Shown: positions 52,480 through 64,000 of the stretch, piece after piece
Layout of the letters: each line of letters starts with the position of its first letter
Position numbering within the stretch: position 1 is the first letter of the stretch
Assembly: GCA_951406725.2 (NCBI GenBank)
Contig: OX597826.1
Location: 28,272,001 to 28,336,000 of the forward strand
DNA length: 64,000 nucleotides
Direction of reading: 5' to 3'
From: Octopus vulgaris
Lineage: Eukaryota
The notes under the pieces: generated by a model
Seen by the model: the letters and a program-made list of their open reading frames with translations, nothing else
Told to the model about the DNA's origin: nothing
The model's database searches: none
Made by a program: the position numbers and the translations under genes

Positions 52480-53000
52480 TGAGGGTGGTGGTGGTGGTGG
52501 TGATGTTTGTAATGGTGGAGGTGATGGTCGTGCGGCGGCGTGGTGGTGGTGGTGGTGGTGATGTTTGTAATGGTGGAGGTGATGGTCGTGATGGCGGCGG
52601 CGGCGTGGTGGTGGTGGTGGTGGTGGTGATGTTTGTAATGGTGGAGGTGATGGTCGTGATGGCGGCGTGGTGATGGTGGTGGTGGTAGTGATGTTTGTAA
52701 TGGTGGAGGTGATGGTCGTGATGGCGGCGGCGGCGTGGTGGTGGTGGCGGTGGTGGTGATGTTTGTAATGGTGGAGGTGATGGTCGTGATGGCGGCGGCG
52801 GCGTGGTGGTGGTGGTGGTGATGTTTGTAATGGTGGAGGTGATGGTCGTGATGGCGGCGTGGTGGTGGTGGCGGTGGTGGTGATGTTTGTAATGGTGGAG
52901 GTGATGGTCGTGATGGCGGCGGCGGCGTGGTGGTGGTGGTGATGTTTGTAATGGTGGAGGTGATGGTCGTGATGGCGGTGATGGTGAAAATGAAGTCGTG
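52480..53000 (+). repeat. G-rich minisatellite, eight copies of a 58-68-bp unit
   Basis: gatgtttgtaatggtggaggtgatggtcgtg at ~52502, 52560, 52628, 52690, 52758, 52820, 52882 and 52941, with variable (GGC)(GGT) spacer. Confidence 0.93.
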
Positions 53001-53920
53001 ATGGCGGCGGCGGCGGCGGTGGTGGTTGCGGTGGTTGTGTTGGTGAGGATGATGGTGGTAGTGGTAGTGGTGAGGGTGGTGGTTGTGGTGGTGAAGGTGA
53101 TGGTCGTGATGGCAGCGGCGGCGGTGGAGGTGACGGTGATGGTGGCAGTGAAGATGTTGGTGGTGGTAGTGGAGGTGGTTGTGGTGGTATCGGTTTCTGT
53201 GGTGATGGTGACTGTTGACGAGGTGGGAGCGGGGAGGGCGTTGTGGGGGTTTTTTAGTGATGGAAGTGGTTGCGTCGCTTGTGCTAGAGGTGGAGTTTGT
53301 AAGATCGTGGCAGTGGTAGTACTACTGCTACGTTTAGTGGTTTGCATGCGGTGGTGGTGGTCGTGGTGAGGTTGCCGACGATGGTAGTAATGTTCTGGCG
53401 GTGGTTGTGATGTGTGCCGATGAGGTAGTGTTCATGCTGGTGGCGCTGGTGGTGGTGGTGGCGGTAGTGTTTTAAGTAGTGACGGAGCTAAGTAGCCCTA
53501 CCACCGTTTATATTTAGTGCTGTTTGAATGTATTAATGGTGGTGGTGAGATGCAGCAGGGGAGGCGGCGGCAGTGGTGGTTTTGCTGATGGTGGTGGAAA
53601 TGATGTTTTAAGTGACAGCGGCGACGGTGGTGATGGTGATGGTGTTGGTAGTGGTGGTAGTGGTGGTGGTGGTGGTGATATTTATTTTTAGTTATATTTG
53701 TAATCTATTAATGCTGGTGGTGGCGGCGGTTGAAGTATTCTAATTTAATGGTGGTGGTGGTGGTGGTGGTGTTAGATTGGTGGTGAGGGTGATGGTAAGA
53801 GTTACCGGTTGTGGTGGGAGGCACCAGTGGTGAGGGTGGCGGTAAGAGATATATCTGTGATATTGGTGCTGCTGCTGCTGCTGCTGCTGCTAGGCAGCGA
53901 TGGTAGTGGTGGCGGGGGTG
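53000..53920 (+). repeat. (GGT/GGC)n-rich low-complexity domain
   Basis: Continuation of the cryptic trinucleotide sequence. Confidence 0.8.
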
Positions 53921-54127
53921 TTTCTATTTACTGCTTCGTGGTTGTAATATTGATTTCAAATTTTGACACAAGCCCTGCAAGTTCACGAGTTAGGTTAGGT
54001 CGATCAGTTCGACCCCACTTTATAACTAGTATCTATTTTATCACTCCGAAGTTTGACAAAATACGGAATTTGAACTCAAAACATAGCGACGGGCGAAACG
54101 CTGCTAAGTATTTCGGCCGCCGTCTTC

Positions 54128-54161
<34 letters not shown>

Positions 54162-54162
<1 letters not shown>

Positions 54163-54323
54163 AGTTCTATATTTAAGAGATGAGGAATTATGTACATTAT
54201 TTACATTATTGACATTTGGCTGATATTTGTCCTCATCTTCTTTGTTGTTAACACAACGTTTCGGCTGATATACCCCCCAGCCTTCATCAGGTGACTTGCG
54301 GAAATTTCCGCAAGACACCTGAT
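54162..54323 (-). mobile_element. Family D fragment with intact hammerhead (54250-54295) and short inverted foldback
   Basis: Reverse complement gtcac-CTGATGA-a-ggctg..cagcc-GAAACGT-T-gtgtt; foldback centred on gaaatttc at 54301-54308. Confidence 0.8.
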
Positions 54324-54338
54324 GATAGAGAAACACAG

Positions 54339-54424
<86 letters not shown>

Positions 54425-54581
54425 GATGAGCTTCTTTCAGTTTCTGTCCATCGTACCCACCCACAAGGCTTTGGCCGGCCTGAAGCTATAGTAGAAGGTA
54501 CTTGCGCAAGGTGCTACTCAGCGGCACTGAACCCAGAACCATGTGGTTACGAAGCAAGCTTCTTACCACACAGCCATGCCT
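54425..54581 (-). mobile_element. SINE family A, 5' half
   Basis: Homology to family A head. Confidence 0.8.
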
Positions 54582-54896
54582 GATCGTTAAGAAGCGGTAT
54601 AACTAGCAAACACTAAAAAACATTAGCCTCAACTACTAAAAAGAAGAATCTTAAGTACTTTGGTCAAATAATAAGAGCACAACGCATAGTAAAAACTATT
54701 ATTAGAAGAAAAGACAAATGACGAACAGCAAGGGTCGGGGACTTTTTTAACCAATTATCCCAAAATATATTTATTAACGCCCTTAATTTGAAAGGAAGAA
54801 AATCATAGATTCTTTGATTTCAAAACGTTTATTGAATTTATTTTATTGAATCTATTTATATGAATCTATTTCCACGTCCATTACACTGGACAGATG

Positions 54897-55284
54897 TGGA
54901 GGCGCAATGGCCCAGTGGTTAGGGCAGCGGACTCGCGGTCGGAGGATCGCGGTTTCGATTCCCAGACCGGGCGTTGTGAGTGTTTATTGAGCGAAAACAC
55001 CTAAAAGCTCAACGAGGCTCCGGCAGGGGATGGTGGTGAACCATGCTGTACTCTTTCACCACAACTTTCTCTCGCTCTTTCTTCCTGTTTCTCTTGTACC
55101 TGTATTTCAAAGGGCCAGCCTTGTCACACTCTGTGTCACGCTGAGTCTCCCCGAGAACTACGTTAAGGGTACACTTGTCTGTGGAGTGCTCAGCCACTTG
55201 CACGTTAATATCACGAGCAAGCTGTTCCGTTGATCGTATCAGCTGGGACCCTCATCGTCGCAACCGAGGGAGTACTCCTACTAC
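54897..55284 (+). mobile_element. SINE family C, full length with 15-bp TSD
   Basis: A-box tggcccagtgg, B-box ggtttcgattccc, (CTA)n tail; TSD tacactggacagatg at 54882-54896 and 55285-55299. Confidence 0.93.
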
Positions 55285-55379
55285 TACACTGGACAGATGC
55301 AGTGCTGCCAGAAAAAAAAAACTTTCGTCGTAACAAAGAACGTGTTTTTATTTTGTGTGTGTGTGTATATATATATATG

Positions 55380-55680
55380 TCACCGTGATCACCGTGACCG
55401 ACCAGGCTATCAGATGTTGCTACACATCGCTGGTCTCAATGCGTTTCGCATTGTTTTAGCCTTCAAATGACGCCATCCCGCTGGCTAAGCGAGCTGGCCA
55501 ACAGAAGAAAGAGTGAGAGAAAGTTGTGACGAAAGAATACAGCAGGAATCGCACCACCCCACTGCCGGAGCCCCGTGGAGTTTTAGGTGTTTTCGCTCAA
55601 TAAACACTCACAACGCCCGGTCTCGGAATCGAAACCGCGATCCTACAACCGCGAGTCCTAACCCCTGGGCCATGGCACCT

Positions 55681-55685
<5 letters not shown>
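55380..55685 (-). mobile_element. SINE family C head with second tail type
   Basis: Shared head/body to cttctg; tail ends gcctggtcggtcacggtgatcacggtga. Confidence 0.85.
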
Positions 55686-55725
<40 letters not shown>

Positions 55726-57049
55726 TATATATACTATTTTATGTCTAATGAGTCCTCATTAACCCCAAGAATTTTATTTTTACCTCACTTGGTGTTATTT
55801 ACCACAGTTTGCCGACCCCTGCTCTAGCGGATCTACAGCTAAGTGTTTTGATAACATCGAGTACACATATTGTAAATGTGTGAGAATGGCAGAAAAAATC
55901 AGTGCCAAATAGAGATCCTTGTTATTCAACCTGCTGAGAGCAGATGCCGCCTTATAATGATGATGATGATGATGATGTATTTGAGGAATACCCAGCCACT
56001 TATAGACTAATTACTGCATATTCTACACATCCCATGCACATGAAGGTCCAGAACTGGTGGTGTTTTATTGTCATCGGTGTGCAACATCTCTCTATTGCAA
56101 TGAAAGCTTTGCCGTCGATGGCTCCATGAAGATTCAAACATTAAAGACCAATGAAGTCAATGACAATCTGTGCAATACTTCAGCAAGAGAGGTAATCACG
56201 TGGTGGATAGGAAAGAAGGGAGGGAACTGTAACTGCTCCCGTATACGTTACACGTGATGGGGATGAATACAACCGTGGCTTCTCCTACCTACAGAACAGC
56301 TATGTGGGAAAGAGAACCAAGACTTCTCTCGTCTACACTACATCCTTGAGGGCGAGAAGAAAACCAGGACTGCTTCTGTCTACACTCAACCTTACTTGTG
56401 CGAGAAACTACAAACGTGTCGGTATTTCATTTCATATTTATAGAATGCTTTCTGCTACAAGGAAACTATTTCATACTAACATGGTGGTCTGTCGATGATG
56501 CACCACTAAGCAAAAAATCTTAGTCTAAAACTAACACGAGGATCTTTATATTCCAAAATAAGAAAGAGCTGCATATATGACTCACTCTTTCGTTTCCACA
56601 TAATATGAATTAGTAGCAAGCTACAGGCAATGAATCTGAGATTGTTTAAGAATGCAGGATATTGCAAAAGTGGCTGGGAGGCTCTTCTGCCCTTCCCATG
56701 TCATCTCACTTGGTTTGTATCCAGTGCATAAATCATCGTACCAGATGTTAGACCTGCATCATGGCTTGCAGCACGGTATGGCGGTATGTCGCCACGAGCA
56801 CCAGTTATTCCTGGTTGGCCTGTAAAGCGCCAACTTTGAAACTGTGGAGATGAGGGCTATCTATTTCTTCCGTGTTTCATTTGAATGAAATGCAGACATG
56901 TCACATACACATATACATAATACAAACGCACATAGGATACAAACACACACACACGATAAACATATATATACACTATACAAACACATTCACACATGCACGC
57001 ACACACCCACACACATGATACACGCGCGCGCGTACATACAATACACACA

Positions 57050-57280
57050 TACTTACACACAAACACAAACAAGCATACACATACACACACAAACACACAT
57101 ACACACGCAAACACCCACTCAAGAAAGCATACACATACACACGCAAACAAACACACAAGCAGGTATACACATACACACACAAACAAGCACACACATACAC
57201 ACACAAACAAGCACACACATACACACACAAACAAGCACACACATACACACACAAACAAGCATACACATACACACACACGT
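57050..57280 (+). repeat. 24-bp minisatellite acacacaaacaagcacacacatac
   Basis: At least four near-identical tandem copies plus degenerate ones. Confidence 0.85.
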
Positions 57281-57427
57281 ATATACAGCTACATGTATAC
57301 ACACACACATGTCAACAAATTATCCAATTGTTCTTTGAAATCTTATTTACGTAATCATCTTTATATCTATGGAAACTACTGGCAAGACAATTCCCCTACA
57401 ATAACTCGTTTACAAGTGCGTGAACAG

Positions 57428-57483
<56 letters not shown>

Positions 57484-57884
57484 ACACATGAAGGACTTCT
57501 TCACAGTTTCCATCCACAGATTCCATCACAAAGGTATCGGTCCTGTCCTACACTGTGGCACCTTGAGCGAACCTTGTGGGGAAATTCGAAGCCGGAAGCT
57601 ATGAGGATGACCCTCGTACATATGTGTACGTCTGTGTGTGTGTATGTGTGTGTGTGTGTCCTCCACTGCTTGACAACCGATATTGGTTTATAGAGGTTCC
57701 CTTAATATAACAGTTCAGCAAAATGAGACCGAGGTTGTGCCCCAGCTTGGCTGCAGTTCAGTGATTGGATCGAAATTCAAAATAAAATGTGTGTGGCTGT
57801 ATGTGTGTGTGTGTGTGTTGGAGAAAGATTGTCTTAGAAACGGAGTACGAAGTATTTCACATATAAAATGGAATGTATATATTT

Positions 57885-58187
57885 TGTTTGTTCCTTCTCG
57901 AGCCATGTCTGGCTCATTAGGGTCGGTTTCCCGGTTTTCTTGGCGTATAGGTTCCCCACCTGGACGGGACGCCGGTCCGTCGCAAGTGAGCTGCAAGATG
58001 CAGGAAGAAAGAATGAGAGAAAGTTGTGACGAAAGAGTCAGCAGAAATTTGTCATTATCTTCTGCCAGAGCCACGTGGAGCTAAGGTGTTTCGCTCATAA
58101 ACACCCACATCGCCCTGTCTGAGATTCGAACACGCGATCCCTCGGCCGCGAGTCCGCAGCTCTAACCACTAGGCCATGTGCCTCCAC
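57885..58187 (-). mobile_element. SINE family C head with third tail type (V-domain-like)
   Basis: Tail tgcgacggaccggcgtcccgtccaggtgggg; TSD aatgtatat. Confidence 0.85.
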
Positions 58188-58699
58188 AATGTATATCTTA
58201 CTGAAAGTTAAATCTTTTTTTAATCGTTTCAAATTTCCGATTGTTCAAACGATAACATACATACATACCTAAAACTTTCCAGAAGTTTATCATTTAAATA
58301 TATACGAGTATATCTAGATATGCAACTATATGCATGAAAATATATACATAAATCAATACATACAAATCTGCACCCGTACTTACATACAAACAAAAAGACC
58401 CTGTTATTGATGGAGAAATTCCAATGAAGGAGTCTTAGATCTAGGTTAGAAACCGGCTCTTTCTCTATTGGCAAGAAATCTTGAAATAAAACTGAACAAT
58501 GGAATACACACATACACGTACGTACACACAAGATCATACACATGTACGTAGATACGTATATAGGTCCATATATTTTAACGTGCGTTTTCTTTTTCCATTT
58601 CCAAAAGTTTTTTTGGTTTTTTTCTTTTTCTCTGTGTTTTTTTTTTTTATTGACTGCATCTCTTTTCAAAGAAAATATTTCTCTCAGCGTTTCCTATTT

Positions 58700-59020
58700 T
58701 CCCCTCGTTCATGTCCAAAGACCCTCCATATTTCTTTTCGTTCGGTTTCCCTATACGTCTCCACTGTCCTGTTTTTGTTCTTAACTTTGACCCTTCATAA
58801 AATCCATAATTTATTTTTGTATTTATGGGAGCAACTGTCTTCGAAGACTCATATTGTCGCTGAATGCTCAAAATGGGGAGTAGATAGACAGCTGACAACT
58901 GATGAAGGGTCGTTCTTTGTACTACTTATCTTTTATTTTCTCGTTATTTGCGTATTTAACTCGTTTGCTTTCGTATTTCATGTTGTTTACTGTTAGTGAC
59001 ATCCTGTAGCCATATATGCA
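58700..59020 (+). mobile_element. Penelope-like family H fragment
   Basis: Inverted homologue of 1730-2030 and 30640-30900; contains gacaactgatgaaggg. Confidence 0.55.
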
Positions 59021-59245
59021 TATATATATATATGTATATATATACAGAGAGAGAAGGGAAACAGAGAGAGAGGGGGTGAGAGATAGATACATTATTTACA
59101 TTATATACGTATAATAGACACACACACGCATATATATATATATATATATATACGTGTGCGTGAATAACCAGTTGTGACTTGTTGCGGAAATTCAACCTGC
59201 GCATAACCAAAACAACTGAGAACAACGTCAATCACAACAGCAACC

Positions 59246-59280
<35 letters not shown>

Positions 59281-59361
59281 GACTACTACTACTACTGTAG
59301 GTGTAGTTACTACTACAATTACGACTTCTACTGCTCCTCCTCCTCCTACTACTACTACTTC

Positions 59362-59395
<34 letters not shown>

Positions 59396-59787
59396 TCCAA
59401 CAATGTTGGAGACGACAGTCTCAAAACGTATGATTAGGTAAGAGTTGGCTGGTTTCTTTTTGCTGTGTTTTGCCTATTCTTTTTTTTTTACATTTTGTCT
59501 TTGTTTAATATAAGATCTAAACTCGCTTAAAATACATTCAATCACGTGATACCTGGTACGGGGACAATAACAAAACAAGAACAACAACAACGAGTACAAC
59601 AACAACAGCAGGACAGGCAGTAGCAGAAGCAATGACAATACTGACACGCTGAAAAGGAAAACCAGTACAGCAACAACAACCGCAAAAACAATTTTAATAA
59701 CGATAGCAACCATGTCAACAACCTGTGCGATGACGTCACAGCTCCTAATTTTACTTTTCGAATAGATACGGGCACACACACACTTCC

Positions 59788-59789
<2 letters not shown>

Positions 59790-59839
<50 letters not shown>

Positions 59840-59843
59840 AAGC

Positions 59844-59913
<70 letters not shown>

Positions 59914-59918
59914 ATATA

Positions 59919-59949
<31 letters not shown>

Positions 59950-60465
59950 ATATGTGTGTGTGTGTGTGTGTATGTATGTATATATGTGTGTGTGTGTGTG
60001 TATGTATGTATATGTGTGTGTGTGTGTATGTATGTATATATGTATGCATGCATGTATGTATGTATATATATATATATGTGTGTGTGTGCATATATGTGTG
60101 TGTGTGTGTGTATATATGTATATATGTATGCATGCATGTATGTATGTATATATATATATATGTGTATGTGTGTGCATATATGTATATATGTGTGTGTGCA
60201 TGTATGTATATATGTATGCGTGCATGTATGTATGTATGCATGTATGTATATATGTATGTATGTATATATGTATATATGTATACATGTATGTATATATGAA
60301 TGTATATATATGTATATATATATGTGTGTGTGTGTGTGTATATATGTATGTATATAAGTATGTATGCATGCATGTATCTGTGTATATCGAAACTGAAATC
60401 ATGTATATACACACGCAAACAAACACACACACACACACAAGGGGCGTGTGCAAATATGGGTATGG

Positions 60466-60510
<45 letters not shown>
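59790..60510. repeat. Long compound (TA/TG/TATG)n microsatellite field
   Basis: Direct reading. Confidence 0.95.
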
Positions 60511-60514
<4 letters not shown>

Positions 60515-60722
60515 TATCTTTTATGCCTTGAAGTGTTTTTGTCGAGCGAGTCGCCCTCAGTATGTTTTTTAATATATATATATGTTTTGTTTGTTCTTTG
60601 TATTTTTAAACCTAGAACATATTTTGTCGAAACGTTACGTTATAGGGACGTAAACATACCAACACCGGTCGCCAAGCACAAACGCGAACACACACACATG
60701 CACACACAGAAACACACGCATA

Positions 60723-60938
60723 CAAGGAGGTGCTGAAATGTTCCTGGCTTTAAGGGTGTCGCGAAAGGCCTTGTTAGGGACCTAACCTTCCAAATTCTTT
60801 TACGGAGCTTAGAAAAGCTGAAGGGCCGCTGCAATAAGTGTGTGAATCTGAGAGGGGAATATGTTGCATAAAATCATAATTAACTGACCTTCCTTTATTT
60901 TTCTTTTACCCAAAGCCAGTAACCTCCCAACACTCCGT
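60723..60938 (+). mobile_element. Mariner-derived MITE
   Basis: Imperfect TIRs ggaggtgctgaaatgttcctggctt / aagccagtaacctcccaacactcc; remnant LEKLKGRCNKCVNLRGEYVA*. Confidence 0.75.
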
Positions 60939-61001
60939 CATGTGTGTGTGTGTGTGTATGTATATATATATACAAAAAATTAGTATAGGCTGTCGTACGC
61001 A

Positions 61002-61126
61002 ATGTCACTAAATGCGACTAAGAGTGTTAGAACACGTACATTGCTAGAGATAAGAGCTTTAGATCTTTTTAGCTTCTATTTCTAGCAATTTAGGTAGTCT
61101 AACACACTCAGTCACAATTAGTGACA
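61002..61126. repeat. Imperfect hairpin (~55-bp arms)
   Basis: tgtcactaaatgcgact..ttgctagagata / tatttctagcaa..agtcacaattagtgaca. Confidence 0.75.
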
Positions 61127-61252
61127 ATAAAGGTATATATATATATATATATAAATACATCTTCCCTTCTTTCCTGAGCGTCCAATAATACTTTATTTGT
61201 TCCACGTCCTTGCGTTGTTGTGTCTTTTTTTTGTTTTCTTGTTTGGATTAAC

Positions 61253-61286
<34 letters not shown>

Positions 61287-61288
<2 letters not shown>

Positions 61289-62457
61289 TTTATATATATA
61301 TAAAACTGAGAATGTGTGTCTGTCTGTCTGTCTGTGTGTTTCTCTAAAACTTGAGAACTACACAACTAATTTCATTCAAATTTTACACATGCCTTACTTA
61401 GAGTCCGGCGAATGTCATCGGCAAAAATTTTGAACTTTTTGCCTAGTGCGAGCCCACAGCAATATCATATCTTCTCCACTACGATTCCCTAAAGCTTGAG
61501 AACTACACAAACAATTCCATTCAAATTTTACACATGCCTTACTTAGGGTACATGTAGTTTCATGAGCAAAAAAAATGTTCAACTTCTTGCCTAGAGCGAG
61601 CCCATAGCAATATCATATCTTCTCCACTATTTCAGTATTACGTGTTAAAAGTGAAACAAAAACGGTTCTCTAGTTTATGTTAGATACTTTCACTTTAACA
61701 ATAAAAATAATAACAATTGAATTATATGTAGTAAGTAATAATTAAAATCAAACTAAAGTATAATATAATCGTAACATAACAAAAGTAAAAATAGCAATTG
61801 GTATAAAATTGCATCAATGATTTGAACTTGAATAAGTGGTTTCACATGAATAGGAATAAATTAAAAATAAAATTAGCGTGCAGAAATGGAATAGTCCAGA
61901 TGGATAATAAAAAATTATATTAAAGAAAAGACTATTGTCTATAAAGTATACAATGTAGAGAAAAAAGAAGATTTGAACAGATGGAGGAAAGCACCTTCGA
62001 AAAGTTTCTTGGTGCGACTATGAAAGGTATCTAATCAGAGGCGGTAAATTCGCCACAATAGAAGCAAGATTCGAGTCAACGGAGCGTGCAAGGGAGTACT
62101 CGACTCGAACTTGCAAAGTGAAAATATTTTATTTTTACCTTTATATCTGGGACGTAGGACGTGCCCGATAAAAATTTAAAATGAGCCCCCCCCCCCAGAA
62201 GTAGAGGTAGGCTGGATTGTAGCCACACTTCTATACAAGAGGGAGGACAAGATACAATTAATCAAAATTACAAGAGACGAGCTAACAATTCCAGTCTGTT
62301 ATATATTTTGAGTATTGTTATCACTAGCGATATCAAGATATAACTTTGTATTTTGTATTTTATGTGTAGATGTATATATATAGATGTACATGTAATATGT
62401 ACACATATATACATGCACTAGCACTATGACCCGGCAACGACGGGTCTTTAATGCTAG
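61287..62457 (+). mobile_element. Non-autonomous Helitron
   Basis: A|TC 5' end, (CTGT)n, internal ~140-bp duplication, 3' hairpin gacccg-gcaacga-cgggtc and CTAG|T terminus. Confidence 0.8.
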
Positions 62458-62962
62458 TATATATATATATATATTCAAAAATGAGGGTGAAAAATTAGAT
62501 ATTAATTTAATAATACCATTAGTTTAACACCAAGCGACCTAGCACATAACAAACCAGGGAAACGATACATATTTATCCGTAAATATAAGAGAGGTAACGT
62601 TAAATAGGTCAACTCTAGTGCTAGAAATAGCTCCGTATTCTGGTATAGTCGCCGATGATACCTCCACATAGAAATAGCACTACCCTCAACGTAAGTAAAG
62701 TGAAATACAACTAAAATAGATTAATGTTGTACAATTGTTTCTTTATCAATATAATATGCAAATTATACTCACATATATATCTATAAATCATCAGCAACAT
62801 TTGTCATTGATACAATTTATCAGACCTACACGGGCGACGATTACCCATTTATATATATATATATATATAGTGAGAATTTACAAAAAAAACCCAACAAAAG
62901 GCTAAGACGGGTGTATAAGCAACAAACAGATGTATTAGTTTAACGCTCCGGAAGTGAGGAAG

Positions 62963-63017
<55 letters not shown>

Positions 63018-63019
63018 AT

Positions 63020-63500
63020 ATATTACTATCATGGGCGTTATGTCCGTCTGTCTGTCTGTTCCCTCTTCATGGTCAAACGGCTCGACCAATGCTCATGATA
63101 ATTTTCGGGATTAAGAAGGAGGTGATCCGGAAGGCTTTGGCGAAACAATGTGAAAAAGTATGATTTTGTGAATATTGAGTTTTGCATTAATAAATCAGAT
63201 TTAATTTTTTTTTTTTTTTTTTGTTAAAATTCCAGCGACAAGGGTTAACTCTGGATCCCCACCCCATGTATATTTCATGAATTTAGAGGGTTTAGATTTG
63301 CGCCTCTATCCCTTTATTTCCCATCATATATGGACAGATTTGCTATCTTACTATAATGGGCATTAAGTCTGTCTGTCCGTCTCTTCGTTCCCTCTTCATG
63401 ACCAGACGGCTGGACCAATGGTTACAATATTTTTCAAGATTACAAAGACGGTCGTCAAGAAGTTTTAGTATTAAAAAATCAGAAAGTACTATTATTTCGT
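63020..63500 (+). mobile_element. Two related Helitron-like 5' end fragments
   Basis: ttactat.atgggc..gtctgtctgt..ccctcttcatg..acggct.gaccaatg at ~63022 and ~63347. Confidence 0.55.
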
Positions 63501-64000
63501 GGATATCGATCTTTGAATTGAAAACCCACCTTCGCATTTATACTAAACATTCAATGACCACGAGTAACTCTGAATTTTCATCGTATACGTAGCCCCATCA
63601 TAGATACAAAGTGGGTCGCGAGGACAGTTAATAGAGAAAATAAAATGGAAGAAGCGTGTATCAGTATATAGTGTGTGTGATTATTTAGTGTTTATTGAAG
63701 TCTCGAGCAGGATTCGAAACGGTCAATCGAAGCAGCTGTTGTTTACATCTCAAGTTTCGACAATCAAAATAGCCCACGGTACCAGAACATCCAGACATTA
63801 TTTGCATAGAACAGTGAGAGGTAATTCTTAGTTTGATTTTTTGCAACCCTAAAGATTCCGCTCGCGCATTCACAGCAAATAAGGCACAGGGCCAGACTTT
63901 AGATCGTGTAGGTGTATTTTTACCCACTCTGATGTTTACGTCGCTATGAGTAGAACAACGGACTCCAGTAATTTGAAAATTAGTGTCGACCAAACAGTAA

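Noticed and set aside
52480-53000. CRISPR-like repeat-spacer appearance
   Set aside because: Spacers are only GGC/GGT triplets, the context is eukaryotic and there are no cas genes.
52457-53347. 296-aa Thr/Pro/His-rich mucin-like ORF
   Set aside because: Unit lengths are not consistently multiples of three and the frames alternate; it is a by-product of the GGT minisatellite.
58410-58470. ccaatga...gaaaccggctc hammerhead-like arrangement
   Set aside because: Core deviates at U4 and G5 and stem I is poor.
63685-63993. 102-aa minus-strand ORF at the window end
   Set aside because: No recognisable motif and it lies at the window edge; cannot be supported.

Overview
AT-rich, repeat-dominated eukaryotic DNA. 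The SINE families and extreme (TA/CA/GATA/ATT)n load resemble an Octopus/coleoid cephalopod genome (inference). No intact host protein-coding gene is supported; nearly all listed ORFs are microsatellite artefacts. Contents: a gag/ORF1-like CCHC zinc-knuckle ORF at the left edge (frameshifted, no RT downstream); a full-length 1291-bp mariner pseudogene plus decayed Tc1/mariner copies and MITEs; fragments of R4/Dong-type and CR1-like LINEs; a non-autonomous Helitron; and dozens of copies of three tRNA-derived SINE families (A, B, C). The most notable signal is at least six sequence-unrelated families of minimal type-I hammerhead ribozyme motifs (CUGANGA...GAAA, very short palindromic stem III) lying in Penelope-like inverted terminal structures. 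One family fuses a tRNA-like Pol III head to a hammerhead and may be a Penelope-mobilised SINE or retrozyme. Coordinates were read by eye and repeat boundaries are approximate.
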